A stretch of DNA of 64,000 bases. It comes from Candidatus Anderseniibacteriota bacterium (lineage in GTDB: Bacteria > Patescibacteriota > Andersenbacteria > UBA10190). The stretch covers positions 8,483-72,482 of the forward strand of contig JACPWO010000002.1 in the NCBI GenBank assembly GCA_016197005.1. The letters are read 5' to 3'. Shown one piece after another: positions 1-10,218 of this stretch; within the stretch, counting starts at the first letter, position 1, and every line of letters begins with the position of its first letter. The notes beneath the pieces are model-generated. The model made no database searches. It was given only the letters and a program-made list of their open reading frames with translations, and had not been told where the DNA came from. A program made the position numbers and the translations under genes.

Positions 1-33
1 GTACCCACCCATCTACAATAGTATTGTCTTGAG

Positions 34-876
34 ATGCACATAAAGCAGAAAATCTACCATGATTTGGAGCCACATTTTGTATATGACTATATCTTTTTTG
101 CTGCCTTCTTGCGGTTTATTCAGTCACAAGAAAACAGCCATAGGAAGCACAGTATGGACAAGAAAGCTAAGGCTCTTTGCTTAGTTAATCTATTTGAAAT
201 CTATCAAAAGAGCTTAGAGGATTTGGCGGCTGTTATGCTTGCTCTGTACAGATACTACAATGCTTCTTCGGATTGTGGGTACCAGAAAAGTTTTAAAGCT
301 GAACAAACGCCTCTAACCTATACCCTAATTCACTATATGCCAGGAGAGGCCAGTCTTAATAAATTAGCGAATAAGTTCACTGGCGACTCCCAAATGATCA
401 ATGGGCTGGGAATATCCAATATCGAGAAAAGTCATATCACCCTTTTGTATGGCGATATTGATCTCCAAAAAACATACAATTTCTTTATCGGTGGCATAAA
501 GGATTTAGCAGTTGACCAAGCAAAACGACTTCGAATGTTAAACAAAATTAAGCATGGTGGCGTCGTAGTTGAGAATGGCCGTCTTTTTAATTCTGATATG
601 CCCAAAGCGCCGGCAGCGGTATATGCTCAACCAGAGGCTTTTGAAGCTGACGATCATCCCCTGATCATTCACTCTTTTAAGTACACCGAGGAAGAGTTTG
701 ACCTGATGTCGGCTGGTGTGATGAGAGTAGCAGCAATGATGCGAATTTTACTCAGCGCGTATCTTTGTGTAGAGCACCGTGATTTTTTAGAAGCAAGAAA
801 AGATCTAGCAAGTCCACTCGATATCTTCGAAAAGATTGAGATGAAAAAGTTATTATCTTTATGGGAAGGTTATTAA
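34..876 (+). CDS. Hypothetical protein; first gene of a two-gene unit with the downstream HNH endonuclease.
   Basis: 280-aa ORF with no recognisable motifs. A 13-nt gap separates it from the HNH gene, suggesting one operon. Confidence 0.45.
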   Translation: MHIKQKIYHDLEPHFVYDYIFFAAFLRFIQSQENSHRKHSMDKKAKALCLVNLFEIYQKSLEDLAAVMLALYRYYNASSDCGYQKSFKAEQTPLTYTLIHYMPGEASLNKLANKFTGDSQMINGLGISNIEKSHITLLYGDIDLQKTYNFFIGGIKDLAVDQAKRLRMLNKIKHGGVVVENGRLFNSDMPKAPAAVYAQPEAFEADDHPLIIHSFKYTEEEFDLMSAGVMRVAAMMRILLSAYLCVEHRDFLEARKDLASPLDIFEKIEMKKLLSLWEGY

Positions 877-889
877 TTTTTTCCTAGTT

Positions 890-1810
890 ATGTCACCAAG
901 AAATCAAAACGAGTTTACAAAAAGAGTTGTTGATACCCTTGCAAAGCGAGCTGGGCAAAAATGTTCAAACCCTGACTGTAAAAAAACTACGAGTGGTGGG
1001 AATACCGACCCTGCCAAAGCGACCATTATAGGCGAAGCAGCGCATATCCATGGATCCAAAGAAGGATCAGCTCGTTTTGATTCAAACATGACTTCAGAGC
1101 AACGACAGGATATTCGCAATGCCATCTGGCTTTGTGGGAATTGCCACAAGAGGGTTGATAACGATCCCGTTAAATATTCGACTGAACTTTTGTTGGAATG
1201 GAAACAAAGGCATGAGGATACGGTACTAGAAGTTGAGGAAGTACATCGGGGCGTATTCGTGGCAGTAACAGGTAAGAATAACCCTGATCGTATAGTTGAA
1301 ATCGGAGAACAAGTGTTAGGATTGGCTGGTATGCAACAAAAGGTTAAGGGTTTAGTAACCGCTAGCCCATTTATTGGAATTGTAAAAAGCCCTGAGCGAC
1401 CAGGTACGCGCGTTCAAGTCGAGTTTGTTTTTACTAACAATGAAGATAATCCGCAGGCAATAAAAGGAGTCTATCTGAAGCTCAACGAAGGAACTGTTCA
1501 TTTTAAGAAGTTTTTTAAAGTCATAGAAGATGGTTCAAGAGTCCCTGATCTATCAACTCGCTTCCCAATTGTTGTGAACTCGCACGGCTCGGCGCGACTT
1601 TCGGTAGAATTTGAAAATATTGAACAAGAATTAGTGAAAAAGGGTACGGTCAGAGGAGAGGTATTTGTTGTACTTGGCGGAGATAATCTCACCAGCGGTT
1701 CCTTTGTGCTTAATGTTAACGAAGCTATGAATAATACGCTTGACTATTTTCAACAGTTCGCCATCGAAAAAAATGCACCAGTAGTCTTTGACGCTATGGT
1801 CAAGAACTAA
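890..1810 (+). CDS. HNH endonuclease domain protein with an N-terminal Cys-rich zinc knuckle and a C-terminal region of unknown function.
   Basis: HNH motif AAHIHGSK...RFD...NAIWLCGNCHKRVDND. Upstream Cys cluster CSNPDCKK. Confidence 0.6.
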   Translation: MSPRNQNEFTKRVVDTLAKRAGQKCSNPDCKKTTSGGNTDPAKATIIGEAAHIHGSKEGSARFDSNMTSEQRQDIRNAIWLCGNCHKRVDNDPVKYSTELLLEWKQRHEDTVLEVEEVHRGVFVAVTGKNNPDRIVEIGEQVLGLAGMQQKVKGLVTASPFIGIVKSPERPGTRVQVEFVFTNNEDNPQAIKGVYLKLNEGTVHFKKFFKVIEDGSRVPDLSTRFPIVVNSHGSARLSVEFENIEQELVKKGTVRGEVFVVLGGDNLTSGSFVLNVNEAMNNTLDYFQQFAIEKNAPVVFDAMVKN

Positions 1811-1822
1811 TGATGCTGAGCT

Positions 1823-2206
1823 ATGAAGCAATCCGAAATTTATATGAAGTGCCGAAGCGTGTTGAATGGGATGTATTCGAGTGAGCTTGATCCTAAACAG
1901 GGCGCTGTTCAGTTAATTGAATTGCTGTCAGAAAATGGTAGGAGGCTGAGGCGAAATGATCATCGCCTCATTCGAATTAACTTTCTTCACAGTGATAAGA
2001 GCGACTATCTAAACAATAGCAGCGTGCCGCTGGCTGTCGGTTTTGTATACATGAAGCCGGACAATACACCGACACAAGATATTTATTTGGTTCATCCAGA
2101 TGGCTTCATTGATTACTGTCGAAACGATAGAGAATTAGCGCAAAAGTACCCAGATTTAGTAGGTATGCATAAAAAGGAGTTGTCTATAGTGGGGGAGCAA
2201 GGGTAG
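1823..2206 (+). CDS. Hypothetical protein.
   Basis: 127-aa ORF directly downstream of the HNH gene on the same strand. Confidence 0.35.
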   Translation: MKQSEIYMKCRSVLNGMYSSELDPKQGAVQLIELLSENGRRLRRNDHRLIRINFLHSDKSDYLNNSSVPLAVGFVYMKPDNTPTQDIYLVHPDGFIDYCRNDRELAQKYPDLVGMHKKELSIVGEQG

Positions 2207-2300
2207 AGTGCCAGTCAGCTTTTGTTGAAGTAGTTCTCTTTGAATTTCTTCGGTAAATAGACTTATTTGTCACAATGGGTATACTCAAAACAAAATAGAT

Positions 2301-2702
2301 ATGAATACTCTTACTCTGTCTCACCGCTACCTTGCTTTATTTATCTTAGCAGGCCTAGTAAGTCTTCTGTCTCTTTGCATTCCAGCCGTCTCAGCAATGG
2401 CGATGGATGGCATGAGTGAGATGAATCCATGTGCCATGAATCAGCAAACGGCGGTATGTCCCATGACGGTGGTGGAGCATCTCAGTTTTTGGCAACAGTT
2501 ACTGACACTCCCGGCGAAAAGCCTATCTCTCGTAACCCTTCTCGCCCTGGTTGTTTTTGTTGTCGTACGCATTGGATTACAGAATCATCTGCATAATCTC
2601 CTCATCCGTTTTTCGGCATTCTCTCACGACCTCAATCCCTTCATTGTCGACCATCTCAAGTTACAGTTCTCGCAAGGTATTCTCCACCCCAAAATTTACT
2701 AA
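2301..2702 (+). CDS. Secreted or membrane protein with a Met/Cys-rich N-terminal segment; possibly metal-binding.
   Basis: Signal-peptide-like N-terminus (LALFILAGLVSLLSLCIPAVSA) followed by MAMDGMSEMNPCAMNQQTAVCPMT. Sits upstream of the copper cluster. Confidence 0.4.
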   Translation: MNTLTLSHRYLALFILAGLVSLLSLCIPAVSAMAMDGMSEMNPCAMNQQTAVCPMTVVEHLSFWQQLLTLPAKSLSLVTLLALVVFVVVRIGLQNHLHNLLIRFSAFSHDLNPFIVDHLKLQFSQGILHPKIY

Positions 2703-2780
2703 GCGGCTCTCTGGATTAATCTTGTTTGCCAGCCATGGCAAGCAAGGTGTTTATGTTTGTATTCCTATCCTTAAATCCTT

Positions 2781-4550
2781 ATGAGTCACCACAATAAAAG
2801 AAAATTAAAGTTCCAAATCCACGGCATGCACTGTGTCGCGTGTGAGGTACTCATTGAACGGCAATTCAAGAAAGTACCAGGAGTAGAGGACGTGAGCGTC
2901 AGCCATGTTACCGGCAAAGCTCAGCTCACCTCCTCAAGCCAGCCTGACCTTACTGCTCTGCAAGCGGCAGTTCAAGACCATGGGTACACTGTAAGTTCCT
3001 GGGCTGACCGCCACCGTGTCGCCCAGCAGCTGCGCCATAAAAATACCAAACGAGACTATTTGGAACTGGGCGCGGTGCTGCTCATCCTGATGGCGGCCTA
3101 CCTCATCCTCAAACAATTTGATCTCGTACCTAAGCTGGGCATTACCGACAATATGAGCTATGGCTTCATCTTTGCCATTGGCCTGGTGGCGGCTATGTCT
3201 ACCTGTCTGGCTGTTACCGGCGGCCTCCTGGTAGCTTTGGCGGCCAAGTACAACGAGATGCACCCCCATCTGACCGGAGTACAGAAGTTAAAGCCACACT
3301 TGTACTTCAACGCTGGCAGAATCGTTGGCTACACGGCCTTTGGTGCAGCTATCGGTGCGCTGGGCTCGGCACTTACCGTCTCTCCTCGGGTAAATGGCCT
3401 CATCACGATTATGGCCAGCGTGGTGATGATCATTCTTGGTTTCCAACTCTTGCACCTCTTCCCAGGGCTCAAGCGGTTCCAACCCAAGATGCCGAAGTTC
3501 CTGGCCCACAAAATCCATGACGCGACGAGTAACGCTCATCACCCGACCGCGCCGTTCTTCTTAGGCGCGGCCACGTTCTTCCTGCCCTGCGGCTTTACGC
3601 AAGCCCTCCAGTTGTATGTATTAAGTCAGGGAGATTGGAAAGTGGGTGCACTCACCATGCTTGTCTTCTCATTGGGCACGCTGCCTGGACTCATGTCACT
3701 CAGTGCGTTGTCGAGCTTTGTCAAAGGCGCCTTCCAACGATACTTTCTTAAGTTTGCGGGAGCGGTGGTTATCATGCTCGGTCTCTTCAGTATCAACAAT
3801 GGCTTTACGCTCACCGGCATTAACATCAGCTGGGCTGCCTTCTCTCGGAGCAATACTACTGCGACTACTCAAACGGCCAATGACCCCAATGTGAAGCTCG
3901 TTAACGGCAAGCAGGTCGTGGCGATGAAAGTAGCGGGCTTAAGCTACACACCCAATAAGTTTACGGTGCAACAGGGCCTTCCGGTGGAGTGGCAGATTGA
4001 CGGTACGCAAGCGCAAGGCTGTGCGCAGGTCATTACCGTGCCGAGTCTCGGCATTACGAAGTACTTAGCAACGACTGGCATTACCACTATCAGCTTTACG
4101 CCGCAGCAGACCGGCACCATCCCGTTTAGCTGCACGATGGGTATGACCACACGGGGGTCAGCCTTTACGGTGGTGGCGAATGCAGCGGGTGCTGTAGGGT
4201 CAGCAGGACAACAGCAACCAACTCAACCACAGCCAATCGAGACTACCTCAGGTTGTAATCCAGAAATCTCCAACTGTGTCCTCGCTCAAAAAGTCTCACT
4301 CGAAGTCTCAAGTGAGCGCGGTGTGTACCCCCGGTCACTTGCGGTTAAAAAAGGTATACCCGTTGACCTCACCATAGATTCCAAAGTGCCGCTTGGCGGC
4401 TGTATGTCTGTCTGGGTCATACCCAAGTACAACGTCACCCTGCCCATGAAGGTGGGGATTAATAAGGCTACCTTTACGCCTACTGAGGCAGGGACGATTG
4501 CCATGACCTGCAGTATGGGCGGAAAGATGGCGGAGTTTACTGTTAGTTAA
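2781..4550 (+). CDS. Heavy-metal-binding fusion protein: an N-terminal HMA domain, a polytopic permease (DsbD_2/TauE-like) and two C-terminal cupredoxin-like domains.
   Basis: HMA motif GMHCVAC. Multiple TM helices with conserved Cys in the TMs (MSTCLAV, FLPCGFTQ). Two repeated C-terminal modules with GC...C.MG motifs (GCAQV...FSCTMGM and GGCMSV...MTCSMGG). Confidence 0.7.
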   Translation: MSHHNKRKLKFQIHGMHCVACEVLIERQFKKVPGVEDVSVSHVTGKAQLTSSSQPDLTALQAAVQDHGYTVSSWADRHRVAQQLRHKNTKRDYLELGAVLLILMAAYLILKQFDLVPKLGITDNMSYGFIFAIGLVAAMSTCLAVTGGLLVALAAKYNEMHPHLTGVQKLKPHLYFNAGRIVGYTAFGAAIGALGSALTVSPRVNGLITIMASVVMIILGFQLLHLFPGLKRFQPKMPKFLAHKIHDATSNAHHPTAPFFLGAATFFLPCGFTQALQLYVLSQGDWKVGALTMLVFSLGTLPGLMSLSALSSFVKGAFQRYFLKFAGAVVIMLGLFSINNGFTLTGINISWAAFSRSNTTATTQTANDPNVKLVNGKQVVAMKVAGLSYTPNKFTVQQGLPVEWQIDGTQAQGCAQVITVPSLGITKYLATTGITTISFTPQQTGTIPFSCTMGMTTRGSAFTVVANAAGAVGSAGQQQPTQPQPIETTSGCNPEISNCVLAQKVSLEVSSERGVYPRSLAVKKGIPVDLTIDSKVPLGGCMSVWVIPKYNVTLPMKVGINKATFTPTEAGTIAMTCSMGGKMAEFTVS

Positions 4551-4559
4551 CCACACTCT

Positions 4560-4799
4560 ATGAAAACACTCGATATGTTAAAAATGTGTCTCAACTGGAA
4601 AGTGCTTGCTAGCATCATTGCGGTGATTGTCATCACGTATATCTTCTTCCCCAAAATTGCCGCGGCCGCTCCGTTCCTGCTGGTGTTAGTCTGTCCGCTC
4701 TCAATGGTGCTCATGATGCGCGGAATGCAGCATGGTGATAAGCACGACATGCCCAGCAAAGACACGACAAAAAACCTTACTCATAACCATGACGTATGA
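4560..4799 (+). CDS. Small membrane protein with a His-rich C-terminal tail (DUF2933-like); metal-associated.
   Basis: One TM helix, then MRGMQHGDKHDM...HNHD. Positioned between the HMA fusion gene and copZ. Confidence 0.4.
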   Translation: MKTLDMLKMCLNWKVLASIIAVIVITYIFFPKIAAAAPFLLVLVCPLSMVLMMRGMQHGDKHDMPSKDTTKNLTHNHDV

Positions 4800-5020
4800 A
4801 AACCACTCTCACGATCAAAGGCACGCATTGTGCCTCGTGTAAAGCACTGATTGAAGACGTAGCCAAGGAAAATTCCTGCGTGACTGATATTGCGGTCGAT
4901 TTCAACACCGGGAAAACACTCATTGAGCATAAAGACTGCCTTGATTGGCAGGCCCTCAAACAAGAAGTCGAAAGCCTGGGCAAATATCACGTTGAGCTAG
5001 CTGGAAAGGAGACAGTATGA
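4796..5020 (+). CDS. copZ: Copper chaperone CopZ (single HMA domain).
   Basis: GTHCASC MxCxxC-type motif in a 74-aa protein with the ferredoxin-like HMA layout. Confidence 0.8.
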   Translation: MKTTLTIKGTHCASCKALIEDVAKENSCVTDIAVDFNTGKTLIEHKDCLDWQALKQEVESLGKYHVELAGKETV

Positions 5021-5919
5021 CGAAACAATCCAAGAACTATCTTATCTGGGGGATTATCATCGTGGCTCTTATCGCCGGTTTTGTCTGGTTCAAGCAAAAA
5101 GGAAGTTCTACTTCAGCCACCATTCTCAATCCTGTCAGTGCCATCACCCATGGTCATGGCTTAGCTGTGGATGTAAGTGATTCCACTAGGCTTCACATCG
5201 CCACCCATCATGGCCTGCTTGTCTTAGTGAATGACAAAGACTTGTACCGCGTCGGCACCAGCCAAGACGACTACATGGGCTTCTCACCTCACCCCACTGA
5301 TCCCAAGATAGTATTCAGCAGCGGCCATCCCCGCACCGGCGGCAATATCGGGGTGCAGCGGTCAGATGATAGCGGATTTACGTGGAAGAGCATATCCAGA
5401 GGCGCAAATGGGCCAGTAGACTTTCATGCTATGGCAATTAGTGCGGCCAATCCCAACCTGATGTATGGCTGGTACCAAGGAGCGCTGCAGCGTAGCCAAG
5501 ATGGCGGCACTACCTGGGAGATTGCGACACGCAATATACCGCAGATCATTCAATTGGTCGCTAATCCGATAGACGAAAATGTAGTTTACGCAGCGACTCC
5601 CCAAGGACTACTGGTCAGTCGCAACAAAGGAGCGGAGTGGAGCAATGCGTCTGACGACCTACAAGGCGGCGCCGTGGTGGCGCTTGCCATCGATCCGCAA
5701 GACCCAGCTAAGATGTTCTCGTTTTCCCAGCAGTCTGGATTAGCGAAGAGTGCTGACGGTGGGACGACCTGGGAGAAAATCAACGAGACGTTCGGCGGAG
5801 AGACTGTGCTCTTTATTGCCATAAGTAAACAGCAACCAGATACCGTGTACACCCTCACCGAGAGCAACACCATCTACAAGAGCACTGATGGAGGGAATGG
5901 GTGGAATAAGATTCGTTAA
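5017..5919 (+). CDS. BNR (Asp-box) repeat protein, membrane-anchored; Ycf48/sialidase-like beta-propeller.
   Basis: N-terminal TM helix. Five S-x-D-x-G-x-T-W-type repeats: [40 protein letters not shown]. Confidence 0.6.
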   Translation: MTKQSKNYLIWGIIIVALIAGFVWFKQKGSSTSATILNPVSAITHGHGLAVDVSDSTRLHIATHHGLLVLVNDKDLYRVGTSQDDYMGFSPHPTDPKIVFSSGHPRTGGNIGVQRSDDSGFTWKSISRGANGPVDFHAMAISAANPNLMYGWYQGALQRSQDGGTTWEIATRNIPQIIQLVANPIDENVVYAATPQGLLVSRNKGAEWSNASDDLQGGAVVALAIDPQDPAKMFSFSQQSGLAKSADGGTTWEKINETFGGETVLFIAISKQQPDTVYTLTESNTIYKSTDGGNGWNKIR

Positions 5920-5923
5920 GACT

Positions 5924-8101
5924 ATGACTACCACAACATTTACCATCGTTGGCATGCACTGCGCCTCGTGCGTAGCGCGCAACGAGCGCAGTCTCAAAAA
6001 AGTGAAGGGCGTCAAAGATGCGACGGTGAACTTCGCCAGCCACAGCGCTACCGTTGAGTACGATGAATCACTAGTTACTGATAAGACCTTATTCGAAGCC
6101 ATCATCAAGAATGGCTATAAAGTGCTCAGCGAAGAATCAGTGAAGAATCACAAGGAAGCACTCAAGCACGAATTAGCGATTGCCAAACAACGAGCATATG
6201 TGGCGTTAGCACTCTCTTTGCCCATCGCGCTACTCGCCATGTTTGGTGTTGATCTGCCGTGGGAAGTTGCTGGCTACAATGCCAGCAACTGGTTGCAAGC
6301 GGTGGTGAGCACAATTGTCATTCTCGTCCTCGGCTGGGAATTTCATGTAGGTATGTGGAAGCAAGCAAAGTTGAAGACAGCCAACATGGATACTTTAATC
6401 TCACTTGGTACCCTGGCAGCACTTGGCTACAGCCTGTGGGCAATGGCGGTTGGTGAAGAGCATCTCTACTTCGAAACCGGTGCCGTGATTGCTGCCCTTA
6501 TCCTCCTCGGCCGTTACTTTGAAGCGAGGAGTCGTGGGCAGGCCAGTGAAGCAGTTGAAAAACTCTTGCAGCTAGGAGCCAAGACAGCTCGTTTGCTCAA
6601 AGATGGGCAAGAGCAGGAAGTACCTATTGAGCAGGTAAAAGTTAATGACATTCTATTAGTAAAGCCAGGCGAGAAAATCCCGGTGGATGGAAAAGTAAGC
6701 AACGGCTCATCAAGCGTTGATGAATCCATGCTCACCGGTGAAAGTATGCCTGTCGGGAAAAAAGAAGGTGACGACGTGTTCGGGGCAACCATCAACCTCA
6801 ACGGTGCAATCCAAGTACAAGCCACGAAGGTTGGTCAAGATACGGTGCTGGCCCAGATTGTGAAGATGGTGGCGGAAGCGCAGGTCAAAAAAGCGCCTAT
6901 TCAAAAACTGGCCGACAAAATTTCTGGTGTGTTTGTCCCGATTGTTTTAGGGATTGCTCTGGTTACGGCAGTGGGGTGGTATCTCAAGACGGGTGACCTC
7001 GCTCAGAGCCTTATTCCCGCCGTAGCGGTCTTAGTCATTGCCTGCCCCTGTTCCTTAGGCCTCGCCACACCTACGGCGATTATGGTCGGTACTGGTTTAG
7101 GCGCCAAACGAGGCATCCTTATCAAGAATGGTGAAGCCTTAGAGAAAGGCAAAAAGATTGATGTGGTCGTGTTTGATAAAACCGGGACATTAACTGAAGG
7201 CAAACCGCGAGTCACCGATACTGTGCCGCTGGGTAAAGATATTTCAACCGAGCAACTCTTAACACTGAGTGCTAGTTTGGAGAAACTGTCTGAGCACCCA
7301 CTGGCGCAAGCCGTGGTGAACGCAGCCAAAGAGAAAAAACTTTCACTGCAGCCGGTGCACGGATTTGAAAGTGTGGCCGGGAAAGGCGTCAGGGGGCAGA
7401 TTGAGGGGAGCACCATTCTCATTGGCAGTCTGCGTTTGATGCGAGAATCAGGCATTGCCACTGAAGCACACCAGCAGCAGCTGCAAGAACTGGAAGAGCA
7501 AGCCAAGACCGTTGTTGCTGTCGCACACAATAATGTGGTCGTTGGCCTACTTGCGATTGCCGATGCTCTCAAAGCCGATGCAAAACAAGCCGTTGAGCAG
7601 CTGCGGCAATCGGGCATTGAGACCGTCATGATTACGGGCGATAACAGCCGCACGGCTGAGGCCATTGCTCGTCAGGTAGGTATTGAGAAGGTTTCTGCCG
7701 AGGTGCTGCCAGGTGATAAAGCAGACAAGGTTAAGGAACTACAACACGCAGGCAATAAAGTTGCCTTTGTCGGTGATGGTATTAACGATGCCCCGGCATT
7801 GGTTCAAGCTGACCTTGGCATTGCCATTGGTACGGGCACAGATATTGCTATTGAGGCCGGTAATATTGTGTTAGTTAAAGGCAGTCCATTAAAAGTAGTG
7901 GAAGCACTGAAGCTATCTCGCCTGACCTTCAAAACCATTATGCAAAACATGTTTTGGGCATTTGGCTACAACGTGGCCGCCATTCCGCTGGCTGCACTTG
8001 GTTTGCTGAATCCGATGATTGCAGCCGGAGCGATGGCCTTCTCAAGTGTTAGTGTGGTTGGTAATAGCTTACGTATTAAGCGCCAAGCCGGAAAAGTATG
8101 A
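5924..8101 (+). CDS. copA: Copper-translocating P1B-type ATPase CopA.
   Basis: HMA motif GMHCASC. Motifs CPC ([12 protein letters not shown]), DKTGTLT, MITGDN and [10 protein letters not shown]. Start placed at the internal Met (MTTTTF) just after the upstream gene's stop. Confidence 0.9.
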   Translation: MTTTTFTIVGMHCASCVARNERSLKKVKGVKDATVNFASHSATVEYDESLVTDKTLFEAIIKNGYKVLSEESVKNHKEALKHELAIAKQRAYVALALSLPIALLAMFGVDLPWEVAGYNASNWLQAVVSTIVILVLGWEFHVGMWKQAKLKTANMDTLISLGTLAALGYSLWAMAVGEEHLYFETGAVIAALILLGRYFEARSRGQASEAVEKLLQLGAKTARLLKDGQEQEVPIEQVKVNDILLVKPGEKIPVDGKVSNGSSSVDESMLTGESMPVGKKEGDDVFGATINLNGAIQVQATKVGQDTVLAQIVKMVAEAQVKKAPIQKLADKISGVFVPIVLGIALVTAVGWYLKTGDLAQSLIPAVAVLVIACPCSLGLATPTAIMVGTGLGAKRGILIKNGEALEKGKKIDVVVFDKTGTLTEGKPRVTDTVPLGKDISTEQLLTLSASLEKLSEHPLAQAVVNAAKEKKLSLQPVHGFESVAGKGVRGQIEGSTILIGSLRLMRESGIATEAHQQQLQELEEQAKTVVAVAHNNVVVGLLAIADALKADAKQAVEQLRQSGIETVMITGDNSRTAEAIARQVGIEKVSAEVLPGDKADKVKELQHAGNKVAFVGDGINDAPALVQADLGIAIGTGTDIAIEAGNIVLVKGSPLKVVEALKLSRLTFKTIMQNMFWAFGYNVAAIPLAALGLLNPMIAAGAMAFSSVSVVGNSLRIKRQAGKV

Positions 8102-8134
8102 CCAGCCTTTATTTTTTATCCTCTCCCAACATCT

Positions 8135-8878
8135 ATGGATCAAAATCCGAGCAATAAGTCTTCAGTATTCGGTGTGCCCGCAGCGATTGTCATCGCCGGT
8201 GGCCTCATTGCCGCCGCTCTGTATTTTGGCAATAGCAAAGCCTCCGTTCAGCAAGTAGCCTCCGGACAACAAGCAGCAAACCCTCAAGCAGCCCAACCAG
8301 CCGCGCAACCGCCAGAACCCACCATCGGCGCTATTCGCCCTATCACTGACCAAGACCACATTCGCGGGGCGAAGAACGCTAGGGTAACTATTCTCGAATA
8401 TTCTGATCTTGAGTGTCCCTTCTGTAAAAAATATCATCCTACGGTACAACAAGCCTTAAGCGAATATCCTAACGATGTGCGTTGGGTATATCGGCACTCA
8501 CCGTTAAGTCAGCTCCATAGCCAAGCTGCTAAGGAAGCTGAAGCGACCGAATGTGCCGGTGAGCAAGGCAAGTTCTGGGAAATGACAGATAAAATCTTTG
8601 AGGTTACGCCTTCAAACAACGGCCTTAACCTGGCTGACTTACCCAAACTAGCGCAACAAGTGGGCGTAGCTAATATCCCGCAATTTCAATCCTGCTTAGA
8701 TAGTGGTAAGTACACGAAGTATGTGGCTGACGACACAGCCGATGCTCAAGTCGCTGGACTGCAAGGTACACCCTATAGCGTCATTATTGCTGCCAATGGT
8801 CAGAAGTTCCCGCTCTCTGGCGCACAACCCTACAGCGCTTTGAAGCAATTGATAGATCAGGCGTTGAAGAGTAAATAA
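8135..8878 (+). CDS. DsbA-family thiol:disulfide oxidoreductase, membrane-anchored.
   Basis: N-terminal TM helix, a Pro/Gln-rich linker, and a thioredoxin CPFC active site (LECPFCKKYH). Confidence 0.75.
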   Translation: MDQNPSNKSSVFGVPAAIVIAGGLIAAALYFGNSKASVQQVASGQQAANPQAAQPAAQPPEPTIGAIRPITDQDHIRGAKNARVTILEYSDLECPFCKKYHPTVQQALSEYPNDVRWVYRHSPLSQLHSQAAKEAEATECAGEQGKFWEMTDKIFEVTPSNNGLNLADLPKLAQQVGVANIPQFQSCLDSGKYTKYVADDTADAQVAGLQGTPYSVIIAANGQKFPLSGAQPYSALKQLIDQALKSK

Positions 8879-8883
8879 GCACT

Positions 8884-9054
8884 ATGGTTCAACCTCAGCC
8901 TCAAGGTGGTAAGGAGCAAATCTATCAGTGCAAGGAGTGCGGTTTCAAGTACCAGGAAAAAGCGTGGGCAGAAAAGTGCCAGGCGTGGTGTTCGGAGCAT
9001 AAGAGTTGCAATTTAGAGATTATTCAGCATGCGGTACAGGCAGAGGAGGTATGA
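8884..9054 (+). CDS. Small zinc-ribbon-like protein (56 aa). It is absent from the ORF track because it is shorter than 60 aa.
   Basis: CKECG...CQAWCSEH four-Cys pattern. The stop overlaps the next gene's start as ATGA. Confidence 0.3.
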   Translation: MVQPQPQGGKEQIYQCKECGFKYQEKAWAEKCQAWCSEHKSCNLEIIQHAVQAEEV

Positions 9055-9302
9055 CCGTTGGAATAACCCTTATGAAAATTATTGTTCAGATGCGCCCAGG
9101 CTCAAGCCAGGCGAAGGTAGAAAAAATTGACGAGGGGCAGTATCGCGTGTGGGTTCACTCTATTCCTGAGAAAGGAAAGGCTAATGCGGAAATGCTCAAA
9201 TTGTTGGCTGATTATTTTCAGGTAGCAAAATCTTCGGTACGCATTGTGATAGGCAAAACAGCCCGTGAGAAGTTAGTTGAGATTATTGGAGGGAGTGAGT
9301 AA
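9051..9302 (+). CDS. DUF167 (YggU/UPF0235) family protein.
   Basis: Strong GGAGG RBS 8 nt upstream of ATG 9051. Motif PEKGKANAEMLKLLADYF...VRIVIGKTAREKLV matches the DUF167 pattern. Confidence 0.55.
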   Translation: MTVGITLMKIIVQMRPGSSQAKVEKIDEGQYRVWVHSIPEKGKANAEMLKLLADYFQVAKSSVRIVIGKTAREKLVEIIGGSE

Positions 9303-9455
9303 TATCAGCTTGGAGTAGTGAGAGTTGGTATTCTTTAGTCAAAAGCTTTAGACAGTGTTGTGTACTAAGTCCGCCATCCGCCTTTGTGTGGTGGATTTGC
9401 CCAGTAGGGTGAAAGGTGCGGTGAAAAGCAACAGTGGCTTACGGGTGTACCAAGA

Positions 9456-10205
9456 GTGCTACTCCAAACAAAAACTCCCATTGGGGAGTTTTTGTATGTA
9501 GCAAGCGCGTGTTTGGGTATGTATACTTTAACTATGACAACGCGGTCTGTTTCAATAGTGCGGCACACTATCATTAGCATTTCAGTTATGCTGCTGCCTT
9601 TGGCTGTTTCAGCTCAGGGCATGATGGGTAGTACGTTGCCGGTGACAGATGATCACACTGCCCGCGAAGAAGCTGAAGGCAAGGAAGTGTGGCAAAAACT
9701 CCAAGATAAGCAACTGACCTGTACTGATCTTTCTGATGACCAATTTGCCACTATCGGCGAATACTTTATGGGGCAAATGCTCGGTGGCTCTCATGCTGCT
9801 ATGAATGCCATGATGACCCGCATGATGGGTGAACAAGGCGAAGAACAAATGCACATTGTGATGGGGAAGCGTTTAAGCGGCTGTGACCCGTCGGCTGTCT
9901 ACCCGAATAGCGGCACCGGCTTCATGCCGATGATGAACATGATGATGGGAGGTGGCTTCAATATGATGAACTGGTGGGGTTATGGGCCTGGTATGCACTA
10001 CGGCTTCTGGGGAGGCAGCCCATTCATGTTTCTCTGGTGGATACTGATAGTTGTTCTGGTGGTGTTAGTCATCAAGGGGTTACGGCATCGTGGTATGACG
10101 ATGCACCAAGGGCGCACAACAGCCTTAGACATTCTCAATGAACGTTATGCCAAAGGCGAGATCAGCAAACAGGAATTTGAGGAAAAGAAAAAGGATATTT
10201 CGTGA
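9456..10205 (+). CDS. Met-rich membrane protein with a C-terminal SHOCT domain; putative copper-binding.
   Basis: Signal-like segment LLPLAVSAQG. MxxM-rich tracts (MMTRMMGEQ, MPMMNMMMGGGFNMMNW). One TM helix. C-terminal SHOCT-like LNERYAKGEISKQEFEEKKKDI. The true start may lie downstream of 9456. Confidence 0.55.
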   Translation: MLLQTKTPIGEFLYVASACLGMYTLTMTTRSVSIVRHTIISISVMLLPLAVSAQGMMGSTLPVTDDHTAREEAEGKEVWQKLQDKQLTCTDLSDDQFATIGEYFMGQMLGGSHAAMNAMMTRMMGEQGEEQMHIVMGKRLSGCDPSAVYPNSGTGFMPMMNMMMGGGFNMMNWWGYGPGMHYGFWGGSPFMFLWWILIVVLVVLVIKGLRHRGMTMHQGRTTALDILNERYAKGEISKQEFEEKKKDIS

Positions 10206-10218
10206 GGAGGTGATAGCT

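Noticed and set aside
2551-4150. Several 60-110-aa ORFs on both strands inside the HMA-permease gene (2551-2784, 2934-3269, 3288-3542, 3626-3894, 3944-4150).
   Set aside because: They overlap a well-supported long CDS and have no motifs. Shadow ORFs.
7003-7665. 220-aa minus-strand ORF.
   Set aside because: It lies entirely inside copA, antisense to it. It is Ser/Cys/Ala-rich and low-complexity, typical of a shadow ORF.
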